Positions 9,546 to 20,339 of a stretch of DNA of 47,870 nucleotides are shown one piece after another. Under the pieces are notes generated by a model that worked only from the letters and a program-made list of their open reading frames with translations, had not been told where the DNA came from and made no database searches. Position 1 is the stretch's first letter. Every line of letters starts with the position of its first letter. The position numbers were made by a program, and so were the translations under genes. Source of the DNA: Acutalibacteraceae bacterium (GTDB lineage Bacteria > Bacillota > Clostridia > Oscillospirales > Acutalibacteraceae); NCBI GenBank assembly GCA_045630445.1, contig JAZQTF010000149.1:1-47870 (forward strand), written 5' to 3'.

Positions 9546-10625
9546 TTAACATAATTTTTTGTTTCTATCAACCTCAAATATCAAAAATGCACAAGTGATA
9601 ATAAGGCAGACCGTTGTTGGAATTGAGATGCTGAAATTCTTTGTCAGCGTGTCAATGTTGTTGCTGAAAACGTGTGATGAAATCGGAAATAACCGTATCA
9701 GCAGCGTGCAGTAAATGTATGCAAGCACTGCCGCAATAAATCTTGAAAACAGAAACAAACTGATTTTGATTCCTGTTTTTCTGACGTTTGCAACAATCTG
9801 AAAGAAGATGCAGAAACCGCCGAATGAAATAAATACGGCAGTCATCTGAAGCGGCAAAACTCCCGATGCAAGAGTGCAGCCGCTTGTAACCTCCGTCACT
9901 GCGCAAAGTAATGCAAGGTATTCTTTTTCAATTGGCAGACTTCTGATAAACGCAACCGCAATTCCGCACGTTACAACCCACGCGCAAATTGAAAACATTG
10001 ATTTTGATGCGTTTTCAGTTGCACCGACAAACGCGTTTACAAAATTGTCACCCTTTTGTATAACCCTGCTTTCTTTTGCTTTTCCGTATTTTATCCGTGA
10101 AAAAATACCAAGACCGATTCCCATTGTAAGCGTTGATAATATAACGCTTGCAAAGAGGATATAGCCAACGCCTTTGCTCTGATATATCGTTTCTCCGACG
10201 GTTGCAATAATGAATGCGGGGCCTGCGTTAACGTTGAAACAGGCAAGTCTTTGCGCCTGCTTTTCATCAGCCGCACCAAGTCTAAGAAGTCCTGCCGTCA
10301 TTGAAGTGCCTATCGGATAGCCGCCCACAAACCCCATCACAACCGCACCCGCAACGCATGGCGGCAGATTGAAAATAAATCCGACAGGCCTGCCGATAAT
10401 TCTGCCGATTTTTAGGTATAGTCCCGAGTTTATAACAAATGCAGAAAACACCATAAACGGAAACAGTGACGGTATAATCACGCTTGCGCACAGTGTCAGC
10501 GATTGCCTTGCGCCGGCTGATGCTGTTTCTGATTTTGCAACAATCAGCACACATACTGTAATTACCGACGCAACAGGCAGAAAGTTGCTTAAATGTTTTT
10601 TGAAAAACCTTACCACTTTTCTCAA
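9546..10625 (-). CDS. ylbJ: Polytopic membrane protein, YlbJ-like sporulation integral membrane protein (nucleoside-recognition/Gate domains)
   Basis: 359 aa and multi-TM. PSLFPFMV and GFVGGYPIG motifs are as in YlbJ family proteins. Confidence 0.5.
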   Translation of the reverse strand: MRKVVRFFKKHLSNFLPVASVITVCVLIVAKSETASAGARQSLTLCASVIIPSLFPFMVFSAFVINSGLYLKIGRIIGRPVGFIFNLPPCVAGAVVMGFVGGYPIGTSMTAGLLRLGAADEKQAQRLACFNVNAGPAFIIATVGETIYQSKGVGYILFASVILSTLTMGIGLGIFSRIKYGKAKESRVIQKGDNFVNAFVGATENASKSMFSICAWVVTCGIAVAFIRSLPIEKEYLALLCAVTEVTSGCTLASGVLPLQMTAVFISFGGFCIFFQIVANVRKTGIKISLFLFSRFIAAVLAYIYCTLLIRLFPISSHVFSNNIDTLTKNFSISIPTTVCLIITCAFLIFEVDRNKKLC

Positions 10626-10696
10626 CTCCTTCGTAGTGATTATATGATTAAACGGTAATTTTTATATCGTTTACAACATAATCTTGTTGTGGAGGG

Positions 10697-10984
10697 ATGG
10701 TTGTGAAAGGCAAAGACAAATCAATGAAACTTACCGGTAAACAAAAACTTTTCAGAGCGATGGAGTTTTCGTTCGGTGGGGTTAAACTTTCAATGACTGA
10801 CAACATAAAAGCACAGGTAGAAGGGTGCAGGGGGATTGCATCTTATGATGAAACCCAAGTGCGATTATTGACGGATAAATTTGTTCTGGGATTTATGGGC
10901 AACAGTTTGCAGATAACCCGTTATGATAACATAATGACAATTATAGAAGGGTTTATAGACTCTGTGCAATATGAAAGAGGATAG
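10697..10984 (+). CDS. yqfC: Sporulation protein YqfC (YabP/YqfC family)
   Basis: 95 aa with a YabP-like beta-rich pattern, immediately upstream of yqfD as in Bacillus. GGAGGG abuts ATG 10697, so GTG 10703 may be the true start. Confidence 0.75.
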   Translation: MVVKGKDKSMKLTGKQKLFRAMEFSFGGVKLSMTDNIKAQVEGCRGIASYDETQVRLLTDKFVLGFMGNSLQITRYDNIMTIIEGFIDSVQYERG

Positions 10985-10992
10985 CGGATGTT

Positions 10993-12177
10993 ATGATGAT
11001 TTTTGAATTTATACGCAGACTTTTTGGTTACGTTTTGTTTTCGGCGTGTGATGGTTTTGCGGAAAGATTTCTCAACAGCGCGGCAAAATGCGGAATTAAA
11101 ATATGGGATGTGCAGAATAAAAACGGAGTGATTTATGCTAAAACGTACATAAATTCTTACAAACGAATCCGCACGTGTGCGCGTCAGTCGGGAATGATTG
11201 TACGTGTCAGAAAGCGTGTCGGATTTCCATTCTTTGCAAAACGCTATCGTCACAGATTGGGGCTTGTTGTGGGGATGATTGTATTCGTTCTTCTTACAGT
11301 TTATTTTTCATCAATCGTCTGGGTTGTTGAGGTGCGTGGGAATGAGCAGATAAGCAGTGAAAAAGTAATTTCCGTTATGTCCTCTCTGGGGCTTAAACCC
11401 GGTGTGATGAAAAATACTTTGGTTGTTGATGACCTGCAATATTATGCCGCAAATGAAATTGAGGGAATTGAGTGGATTGCTGTCAATATAAACGGTGCTG
11501 TCGCGACGGTTGAACTTCGTGAAAATACCGCACCGCCCGATGTTGTTGAGCGTGATAATCCGTGCAATGTCGTTGCGGAAACTGACGGAGAAATAATAAG
11601 CATTTCCGCACTCATAGGTGACAAATGCGTGCGTGTCGGTGACGGTGTGACAAAGGGGCAACTGCTGATAAGCGGAGTTTCTGAAGATTCAAACGGCACT
11701 GTCTTTTATCGTCACGCGATGGGCAGCATCGTTGCCCGTACAAAACGGGAATTTGTGGTTGAAATCCCGCTTCGCAGGCAGGAGATTTCGTTCACCGGTG
11801 AAGAAAAAACAAGGTACGCTCTTGATGTGCTGGGTTTCAAGGTCAATCTTTATTTTGATTCTTTTGATGAAACGTGGCTCAAAGGCGGCGCAGAAACAAG
11901 GCTTACAATAAACGAAAAAACTTTTCCGCTCGCTCTTTATTCGGAGAGTTTCCGCCAGTATGAAATTTGTGAAACAACTCTTACTCCTGCCGAAGCGCTG
12001 ATGCTTGCAAGGGAAGAAATGGAAACAATCCTGTCGCAAAAAGAGGAGGAAATGGAAATTGAAGAAATAACCTACACAGTCGGATACGATGAAAATGTCC
12101 TTACTTACGTTGCGGAATGCACCTGCATTGAAGAAATCGGAGTGCAGAAGGAAATAATTTTTCAAGAAAAATCATAA
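10993..12177 (+). CDS. yqfD: Sporulation protein YqfD (putative stage IV sporulation protein)
   Basis: 394 aa with a central TM segment. Size and position (yqfC-yqfD-phoH) match the conserved cluster. Confidence 0.8.
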   Translation: MMIFEFIRRLFGYVLFSACDGFAERFLNSAAKCGIKIWDVQNKNGVIYAKTYINSYKRIRTCARQSGMIVRVRKRVGFPFFAKRYRHRLGLVVGMIVFVLLTVYFSSIVWVVEVRGNEQISSEKVISVMSSLGLKPGVMKNTLVVDDLQYYAANEIEGIEWIAVNINGAVATVELRENTAPPDVVERDNPCNVVAETDGEIISISALIGDKCVRVGDGVTKGQLLISGVSEDSNGTVFYRHAMGSIVARTKREFVVEIPLRRQEISFTGEEKTRYALDVLGFKVNLYFDSFDETWLKGGAETRLTINEKTFPLALYSESFRQYEICETTLTPAEALMLAREEMETILSQKEEEMEIEEITYTVGYDENVLTYVAECTCIEEIGVQKEIIFQEKS

Positions 12178-12194
12178 AATATCCGTATTTGTTA

Positions 12195-12223
12195 GTGACT
12201 ATATTGAAAAGATATGTTATAAT
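12195..12223 (+). promoter_or_regulatory. Sigma-A-type promoter candidate for phoH-ybeY-era
   Basis: GTGACT, a 17-nt spacer, then TATAAT with an extended TGt. Confidence 0.35.
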
Positions 12224-12256
12224 AAATCAATTATAATATTTTATGGAAGTGTAAAA

Positions 12257-13225
12257 ATGTTTGAACAGATAATGAGTATAGACAGAATGGAGGAGGCGAT
12301 AAGCCTTTTCGGAAATTTTGATGAAAACATCACCCTGCTTGAAAATCAGCTTGCGGTCAAAATTGTCAATCGCGGATCTGAGTTGAAAGTCTGCGGTGAA
12401 GCAGAAAACGTAGGCAAAGCGGTGCGTGCTCTGCGCGGTATGCTCAGCATTCTCAACAAGGGTGAGCAACTCAATGAGCAGAATGTGAAATATGTGCTTT
12501 CTCTTGTCAATGACGGAGATGAAGACAAACTTCACAAAATTCTCGGCGACTGCATCTGCATCAGTGCAAAGGGCAGACCAATCAAACCCAAAACTCTCGG
12601 TCAGCAGAAGTACGTTGAAGCAATCCGTGAAAACACCGTAACGCTTGCAATCGGTCCTGCGGGTACAGGTAAGACTTATCTTGCCGTTGCAATGGCGGTC
12701 ACTGCTTTCAGAGCAAAGGAAATAAACCGCATCATTCTCACAAGACCTGCCGTTGAAGCGGGTGAGAAACTCGGCTTTCTCCCCGGTGACTTGCAACAGA
12801 AAGTTGACCCGTATCTCCGTCCGCTTTATGATGGACTTTTTGATATGCTCGGTGCGGAGAATTTTCAGAAGTATCAGGAGCGTGGCAATATTGAAGTTGC
12901 CCCCCTTGCTTATATGAGAGGTCGTACTCTTGATGACAGTTTCATCATCCTTGACGAAGCGCAGAACACAACCTGTGAGCAGATGAAAATGTTTCTTACA
13001 AGGCTTGGTAACAATTCAAAAATGGTTGTAACCGGTGACGTGACTCAGATTGACCTGCCCGATGGCAAACGTTCGGGACTTATTGAAGCGACCAAAGTGC
13101 TTAAAAATATTGATGACATCGCGGTTGTACGCCTTGGTGAGCGCGATGTTGTAAGACACACACTGGTGCAGGAAATCGTAAAGGCTTACGAGAAATACGA
13201 TAATAACGACGGAAAGAAGAAATAG
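12257..13225 (+). CDS. phoH: PhoH-family ATPase
   Basis: 322 aa with Walker A GPAGTGKTYLAVA, Walker B FIILDEAQN and TGDVTQIDLP. Confidence 0.9.
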   Translation: MFEQIMSIDRMEEAISLFGNFDENITLLENQLAVKIVNRGSELKVCGEAENVGKAVRALRGMLSILNKGEQLNEQNVKYVLSLVNDGDEDKLHKILGDCICISAKGRPIKPKTLGQQKYVEAIRENTVTLAIGPAGTGKTYLAVAMAVTAFRAKEINRIILTRPAVEAGEKLGFLPGDLQQKVDPYLRPLYDGLFDMLGAENFQKYQERGNIEVAPLAYMRGRTLDDSFIILDEAQNTTCEQMKMFLTRLGNNSKMVVTGDVTQIDLPDGKRSGLIEATKVLKNIDDIAVVRLGERDVVRHTLVQEIVKAYEKYDNNDGKKK

Positions 13226-13228
13226 ATT

Positions 13229-13705
13229 ATGGCAAAGATTTATCTGCAGTTTTCAACTGATGGCAAGGGCGTAAAAATTCCTGTCGGCACACGTCCGCTT
13301 ATCAGGAAATGTTGTGCCGCAGTTCTTAAAAAAGAAGGCATAACGGACTCTTGTGAAATCAGTGTAACAGTTGTTGACAATGAAACAATACGTGAACTCA
13401 ATTCGCAGACAAGAGGCATTGACAAGGAAACGGACGTGCTTTCATTCCCGCTTGGTGAGAATGGTGAGTATGAGGTCAATTACGCAACGGATGCGTTGCT
13501 TCTTGGTGATATAGTAATTTCTCTGTCAAAAGCAACTGAACAGGCGCAGGAGTATGATCATTCCGTAGAGCGTGAGATCGCTTTTCTCACCGTTCATTCA
13601 ATGCTCCACCTTCTCGGTTATGATCATATTGAAGAATCTGACCGCAAGGTGATGCGGGCAAGGGAAGAAGAAATTCTGAATTATATGGGAATTACAAGGG
13701 AGTAG
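13229..13705 (+). CDS. ybeY: rRNA maturation endoribonuclease YbeY
   Basis: 158 aa with zinc motif HSMLHLLGYDH. Confidence 0.9.
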   Translation: MAKIYLQFSTDGKGVKIPVGTRPLIRKCCAAVLKKEGITDSCEISVTVVDNETIRELNSQTRGIDKETDVLSFPLGENGEYEVNYATDALLLGDIVISLSKATEQAQEYDHSVEREIAFLTVHSMLHLLGYDHIEESDRKVMRAREEEILNYMGITRE

Positions 13706-13709
13706 TTTT

Positions 13710-14615
13710 ATGAAAAATCAAAATCCAAGAACAGCGTTTATTGCAATCATCGGTTGCCCCAATGTGGGTAAATCATCAATACTTAACAACCTTCTCGGGC
13801 AGAAAATCGCAATCGTTTCGGACAAGCCTCAGACAACAAGAACAAGGATAATGGGTGTTCTGACAAAGGATAATATCCAACTTGTGTTTACTGACACTCC
13901 GGGTTTCCACAGACCGAAGAACAAACTCGGTCAGAATATGATCAAAGCGGTTGGTGAAAGCATTTCGGGCGTTGATGCGTGCTTGTTTGTTGTTGAGCCT
14001 TATGGTGAAATAAAACCCGCTGAACTTGAACTTATCGACAAACTCAAAAAAGGCAGGATTCCCGCAATCCTTGCAATAAACAAAGTTGACACAGTTGTCA
14101 ACAAGGCTGATATTATGCAGCGTATTCTTGAACTTACAAAACTCTATGACTTTGACGCGGTTGTGCCGGTGTCTGCAAAAAGTTCAAGCGGTATGGACGC
14201 GCTTTATTCCGAACTTTGTGCGCAGACTTTTGAGAGTGAGCATTTCTTTGATGAGGACACTCTCACTGACCAGCCCGAGCGTGTTATCGTTTCCGAAATT
14301 ATCAGAGAGAAACTTCTCAGACTTCTTGACAAGGAGATTCCGCACGGAATCGCTGTGTCCGTTGAGAAGATGAGAGAGCGTGAAGATAAAGACATTCTTG
14401 ACATTGAAGCGATTATTTATTGTGAAAAAGAAAGTCACAAAGGTATCATTATCGGCAAGGGCGGCGCAATGCTCAAACGTGTTTCAACAAATGCACGCCA
14501 CGATATTGAAAAGTTCTTTGACTTCAAAGTCAACCTTCAGTGCTGGGTAAAAGTAAAGGAAGACTGGCGTAACAGAGAGGGTCTTATCCACAACTTCGGA
14601 CTTGACCTTAATTAG
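13710..14615 (+). CDS. era: GTPase Era
   Basis: 301 aa with G1 GCPNVGKSS, G3 DTPG, G4 NKVD and a C-terminal KH domain (IIGKGGAMLK). Confidence 0.95.
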   Translation: MKNQNPRTAFIAIIGCPNVGKSSILNNLLGQKIAIVSDKPQTTRTRIMGVLTKDNIQLVFTDTPGFHRPKNKLGQNMIKAVGESISGVDACLFVVEPYGEIKPAELELIDKLKKGRIPAILAINKVDTVVNKADIMQRILELTKLYDFDAVVPVSAKSSSGMDALYSELCAQTFESEHFFDEDTLTDQPERVIVSEIIREKLLRLLDKEIPHGIAVSVEKMREREDKDILDIEAIIYCEKESHKGIIIGKGGAMLKRVSTNARHDIEKFFDFKVNLQCWVKVKEDWRNREGLIHNFGLDLN

Positions 14616-14677
14616 TTAAAATTTCCTTGTTTATAAAAAACTCCATCCGTAAACAATATTTTTCGGGAGGGGTTTGA

Positions 14678-14836
14678 ATGACTCAGAAAGATGCCCTGTG
14701 GCAGAAGTTTTTAAGCAGTGGTAGTGCGGAGGATTATCTTAACTACCGCCGTTGTGATATAGAAAATCTGGTGGTGAAAAAAGGCGATGGTGATGCAGAC
14801 CGAAGCGCTGGTTTTGAAAGAACAGAATATCGGTGA
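14678..14836 (+). CDS. yqzL: YqzL-like small protein (52 aa), absent from the ORF track because it is under 60 aa
   Basis: ATG 14678 follows RBS GGGAGGGG (14665-14672). Translation is MTQKDALWQKFLSSGSAEDYLNYRR..., matching the W-x2-F-x2-[ST]G-x4-YL-x-[YF]-[KR] pattern of YqzL, which lies between era and recO in Bacillus. The 3' end overlaps the recO start. Confidence 0.55.
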   Translation: MTQKDALWQKFLSSGSAEDYLNYRRCDIENLVVKKGDGDADRSAGFERTEYR

Positions 14837-15536
14837 AAATGACCGTCTTATAACTTTGCTGACACGCAACGCGGGCATTGTCCGCGCGTTTGTCAAAGTG
14901 GCAGGCAAGGCAAAGAGCGGGTTGCAGAGTGCAACGCAACTGCTCAGTTATTCCCGTTTCACCATCAAACTCGGCAGGACGGCAAACCGCGTCACCGAAG
15001 CGGAAGCGATTGAGGTTTATTTCGGCTTGTGGCAGGATGTTGAAAAGGTTGCTCTTGCACAGTATTTCACTCAACTCGTTGCCGAAGTCGCACCCGAGGG
15101 AAATCAAAGCGATGAACTTCTGAAAATAATGCTCAACGCTTTGTATTTTCTACATAATGGCAAAAAGAAACCCGAGCAACTGAAAGCAATCGTTGAGTTG
15201 CGGGTCGCGTGCATGTGTGGTTATATGCCGTCGCTTGAATGTTGTGATATCTGCGGCACTGTCGGCGGTGAGCGTTACGTCTTTGATTTTGTCAATGCGG
15301 TGATATGTTGTCCTGAGTGTCGCAACTCCCGGAGCAGAGCGTACGCGGTTGTGTCGGGCGGTGTTGTTTCTGCAATGCGTCATATCATTGAGTCCGACGT
15401 GATGAAAATTTTCTCTTTCAATATGAGTGATGAGGGCTTTAAACAGCTGAGTGAAGTTACGGAAAAATATATAATGATGCAGCTTCAGCGTAGTTTTTCC
15501 GCCCTTGATTTTTATAACAGTGTAAAGGAACTTTAG
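14787..15536 (+). CDS. recO: DNA repair protein RecO
   Basis: 249 aa. N-terminal OB-fold pattern (TEALVLKEQNIGENDRLITLLT) and zinc-finger cysteines CDICG...CPEC. The start is ATG 14787 or ATG 14793. Confidence 0.9.
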   Translation: MVMQTEALVLKEQNIGENDRLITLLTRNAGIVRAFVKVAGKAKSGLQSATQLLSYSRFTIKLGRTANRVTEAEAIEVYFGLWQDVEKVALAQYFTQLVAEVAPEGNQSDELLKIMLNALYFLHNGKKKPEQLKAIVELRVACMCGYMPSLECCDICGTVGGERYVFDFVNAVICCPECRNSRSRAYAVVSGGVVSAMRHIIESDVMKIFSFNMSDEGFKQLSEVTEKYIMMQLQRSFSALDFYNSVKEL

Positions 15537-15539
15537 TAA

Positions 15540-17927
15540 ATGAAACTTAAAAAGACTAACAAGGCCCTTGAACTTAATAAAGTTCTGGAAAAACTTTCCG
15601 AACAGGCGCAGAGTGCGAGCGGCAGGGAATTGTGCCTTGAAATAAAACCGGATAACAGTTTTCTGGAGGTGTCCCACCTTCTTCAGATGACGGACGATGC
15701 TTTTGTAATGTTGCAGAAGTACGGTGCTCCGTCTTTTTCAGGTGTGCGCAATATCAGCAATTCTGTCAGACGTTCACAAGCGGGCGGACTTCTCAATATG
15801 AAGGAACTTCTTGACATCGCGGAATTTCTGAGAACAGTTCGCGGAGTGGGTGAGTGGCGTAGCCATTCAAGTTCTGTCAAGACAAGTGTTGATTCCTATT
15901 TTGAAAATCTTATCCCCAACAAATTCCTTGAAGAGCGGATTTTTGGTGCAATCATATCAGAGGATGAAATGGCGGATAATGCTTCTCCCGAACTTGCTGA
16001 CATCCGCAGAAAGAAGCGTAATGCGTCTTCAAGAATCAGGGAGCAACTCGGCAGTATGCTCCATTCAACCCATTATCAGAAATTCTTGCAGGAGCCGATT
16101 GTCACAATGCGAAACGGCAGATACGTTGTGCCTGTCAAGGTTGAGTATCGCTCCGAAGTTTCGGGTATGGTGCATGACACTTCTTCAAGTGGTGCAACGT
16201 TGTTCGTTGAGCCGACAGCGGTTGTTGAAGCAAACAATGAAATCAAAGTCCTTGAATCAAAGGAGCGTCACGAAATTGACCGCATCCTTGCGGAACTTTC
16301 CGCACAGACAAGTGAATTTGCGGACACAATTATGCAAAGTTTTGACTGTGCCGTTTCCCTTGATATAATTTTTGCAAAGGCTCGTCTTGCCCACAATATG
16401 CGTGCTTCAAAACCTGCAATCAATAATGAGGGCAGAATCAATCTTATCAGTGCAAGACATCCGCTTATAAATCAAAAGCAGGTTGTGCCGATAAATATAA
16501 GGCTCGGCACTGATTATAAAACTCTTGTAATCACAGGTCCCAACACGGGTGGCAAAACCGTATCGCTCAAAACTCTGGGATTATTCACCCTTATGGCGAT
16601 GTGCGGTCTTATGCTTCCGTGTGAGGAGGGCAGTGAGATTTCCGTCTTTGATGACGTGCTTGCTGACATCGGTGATGAGCAGTCAATTGAGCAGTCGCTT
16701 TCAACTTTCTCTGCTCATATAACAAACATAATTGATATTTTTGAACATACAAATGACCGCACTCTGATTCTCCTTGATGAACTTGGTGCCGGTACTGACC
16801 CGATTGAGGGCGCAGCGCTTGCAATTGCAATTCTCGAAGCGCTCAACGCAAAAGGCGCAAAGATTGCCGCAACAACTCATTATGCGGAACTCAAAGCGTA
16901 TGCACTTGATACCGATGGGGTAGAGAATGCAAGTTGTGAGTTTGATGTTGCAACGCTCAGACCAACTTATCGTCTTTTGATTGGCGCACCTGGCCGCTCC
17001 AACGCGTTTGCAATTTCACAGCGTCTTGGTATTGCGGAGTCTGTAATAGCGCGTGCAAGTGAACTTGTCAGCGCTGAAAGCAAGAAGTTTGAACTTGTCA
17101 GTGAAAAACTTGAACAGAGCCGTATCGCTATGGAAAAAGAACGCGCACAGGCGGAAGAAATGAAGCGTCAGGCGCGTGAAGAACTTGAAAAAGCAAAAGC
17201 AAAACGCGAGCAGATTGATCAGGTTTATGATAAAGAGATTCTCAAAGCGCAGAGTGAAGCAAAACGAATTGCTGAAAAAGCGCGTCGTGCGGGCGAAGAA
17301 ATGGTTGATGAACTTGAGCGTCTTTATAAGGAGAAAGAAAAAGCGGACGCAAAGGAATTGTACACCAGAGCAAAGCAAGCGATGAAATCTTCAATGAATA
17401 AACTTGACGAGGCTTCAAGTTATGAGCGTGATGATGAGGACGATGGTGATTATGTCCTTCCAAGAGATCTTGTAGTTGGTGATACAGTCTTTATCAAACC
17501 GATGAAAACCAATGCCACAGTCACCGAATTGCCTGATAAAAAGGGTCAGGTCGGAGTAACTGTTGGAATGATAAAAACAAAGGTTAAACTCACCGATGTC
17601 CGTCTTGTGTCAGCGCCGAAGAAACAGCCCGAAAGAAGCGCCCACAGAAATGTTTCCCGACTCAATGCAAAGATTGAAGCGTCAGCGGTACAGAGCATTG
17701 ATATCCGCGGCAAAAATGTTGAGGAAGCAATGCTTGAACTTGACTTCTTCATTGATTCAAGTCTTACTCTCGGCGTAAATGAAATCACAATCATTCACGG
17801 CAAAGGCACAGGAGTGCTGCGTGCGGGTGTGCATCAGTATCTTAAAAAGCATCCCTCAATCCGCACTTTCCGTCTTGGAACTTTCGGTGAGGGCGAAACG
17901 GGCGTCACAATCGCGCAACTCAAATAA
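15540..17927 (+). CDS. mutS2: Endonuclease MutS2 (Smr domain)
   Basis: 795 aa with Walker A GPNTGGKT, LLDELGAGTDP, a K/E-rich coiled coil and a C-terminal Smr domain (IIHGKGTGVLR). Confidence 0.95.
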   Translation: MKLKKTNKALELNKVLEKLSEQAQSASGRELCLEIKPDNSFLEVSHLLQMTDDAFVMLQKYGAPSFSGVRNISNSVRRSQAGGLLNMKELLDIAEFLRTVRGVGEWRSHSSSVKTSVDSYFENLIPNKFLEERIFGAIISEDEMADNASPELADIRRKKRNASSRIREQLGSMLHSTHYQKFLQEPIVTMRNGRYVVPVKVEYRSEVSGMVHDTSSSGATLFVEPTAVVEANNEIKVLESKERHEIDRILAELSAQTSEFADTIMQSFDCAVSLDIIFAKARLAHNMRASKPAINNEGRINLISARHPLINQKQVVPINIRLGTDYKTLVITGPNTGGKTVSLKTLGLFTLMAMCGLMLPCEEGSEISVFDDVLADIGDEQSIEQSLSTFSAHITNIIDIFEHTNDRTLILLDELGAGTDPIEGAALAIAILEALNAKGAKIAATTHYAELKAYALDTDGVENASCEFDVATLRPTYRLLIGAPGRSNAFAISQRLGIAESVIARASELVSAESKKFELVSEKLEQSRIAMEKERAQAEEMKRQAREELEKAKAKREQIDQVYDKEILKAQSEAKRIAEKARRAGEEMVDELERLYKEKEKADAKELYTRAKQAMKSSMNKLDEASSYERDDEDDGDYVLPRDLVVGDTVFIKPMKTNATVTELPDKKGQVGVTVGMIKTKVKLTDVRLVSAPKKQPERSAHRNVSRLNAKIEASAVQSIDIRGKNVEEAMLELDFFIDSSLTLGVNEITIIHGKGTGVLRAGVHQYLKKHPSIRTFRLGTFGEGETGVTIAQLK

Positions 17928-17986
17928 CTCCGCTGTCATAACTATAAATTACTTTTATAATTATATAAAATAATATCAAAAAACTA

Positions 17987-19410
<1,424 letters not shown>

Positions 19411-19438
19411 TCCTCAAAACATTATAAACAAAAAATCA

Positions 19439-19460
19439 AGGGCGGCCGACAGGTCGCCCT
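19439..19460 (+). other. GC-rich hairpin between gdhA and nfnA, without a U-tract
   Basis: agggcggcc-gaca-ggtcgccct forms 9 bp including one G-U. It is followed by acaatcaaag, so it is not a canonical terminator. Confidence 0.5.
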
Positions 19461-19487
19461 ACAATCAAAGTAAAGGGTGGAAGCGTA

Positions 19488-20339
19488 ATGTTTGAAATTA
19501 CGAGAAAAAAGGAACTTAATCCAACAGTAACATTGATGGATATCAAAGCGCCTTATATGTCAAAAAAAGCAGAGCCGGGTCAGTTTATCATTCTCCGTGT
19601 TGACGAAGATGGTGAGAGAATTCCGCTCACAATCGCTGACTTTGACAGAGAAGCAGGTACTGTAACAATCATTTTCCAGGTTGTTGGCGCAACCACCGAA
19701 AAGTTGAACAGTCTCAAAGAAGGCGACCGCGTGCTTGACTTTGTTGGCCCTCTCGGTGTTGCAACTGAAACAGAGGGACTCAAAAAGGTTGCAGTTGTCG
19801 GCGGTGGCGTAGGTTGTGCTATCGCTTACCCGATTGCAAAGAAACTTCACAATAACGGTTGTGTTGTTCATTCCGTTGTCGGTTTCAGAACAAAGGACCT
19901 TGTTATTCTTGAGGATGAGTTCAAAGCAGCAAGTGATGAACTCTACGTTATGACTGACGATGGCAGCCACGGTGAAAAGGGTCTTGTTACAGATGCACTC
20001 AAAAAACTCATTGAGTCAGGCGAGAAGTACGATGAAGTTATCGTTATCGGTCCGCTTGTAATGATGAAATTCGTATGTATGCTTACAAAACAGTACGGCG
20101 TAAAAACTGTTGTAAGTATGAATCCCGTAATGGTTGACGGTACCGGAATGTGTGGCGGTTGCCGACTCACAGTTGGCGGCAAGACAAAGTTTGCTTGTGT
20201 TGACGGCCCTGACTTTGACGGTCATGAAGTAGATTTTGATGAGGCTATTGCGCGTTCAGGAATGTATAAAGGTTTTGAAAAGAAGTGCCACGAGGACACA
20301 TGTAATCTTCTCAAAAAGGGGGAGCGTAAAGATGGCTAA
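19488..20339 (+). CDS. nfnA: NfnA-type FAD/[2Fe-2S] oxidoreductase subunit (sulfide/dihydroorotate dehydrogenase-like electron-transfer subunit)
   Basis: 283 aa with an FNR-like fold and the C-terminal cluster motif DGTGMCGGCR. An 8-nt overlap links it to the next CDS. Confidence 0.75.
   Translation: MFEITRKKELNPTVTLMDIKAPYMSKKAEPGQFIILRVDEDGERIPLTIADFDREAGTVTIIFQVVGATTEKLNSLKEGDRVLDFVGPLGVATETEGLKKVAVVGGGVGCAIAYPIAKKLHNNGCVVHSVVGFRTKDLVILEDEFKAASDELYVMTDDGSHGEKGLVTDALKKLIESGEKYDEVIVIGPLVMMKFVCMLTKQYGVKTVVSMNPVMVDGTGMCGGCRLTVGGKTKFACVDGPDFDGHEVDFDEAIARSGMYKGFEKKCHEDTCNLLKKGERKDG

Noticed and set aside
12178-12188. The 11-mer AATATCCGTAT is repeated upstream of phoH (12178-12188) and inside the gdhA promoter spacer (17991-18001). 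The two regions also share TGTTATAATA.
   Set aside because: Many exact 11-mer repeats are expected by chance in 48 kb. The two copies sit at different distances from their -10 elements, and the shared 10-mer is simply the extended -10 consensus.
14584-14592. A perfect DnaA-box 9-mer, TTATCCACA, inside the era coding sequence.
   Set aside because: It is a single isolated box within a CDS, with no cluster and no AT-rich unwinding element. One such 9-mer is roughly what chance predicts in a ~48-kb window read on both strands.
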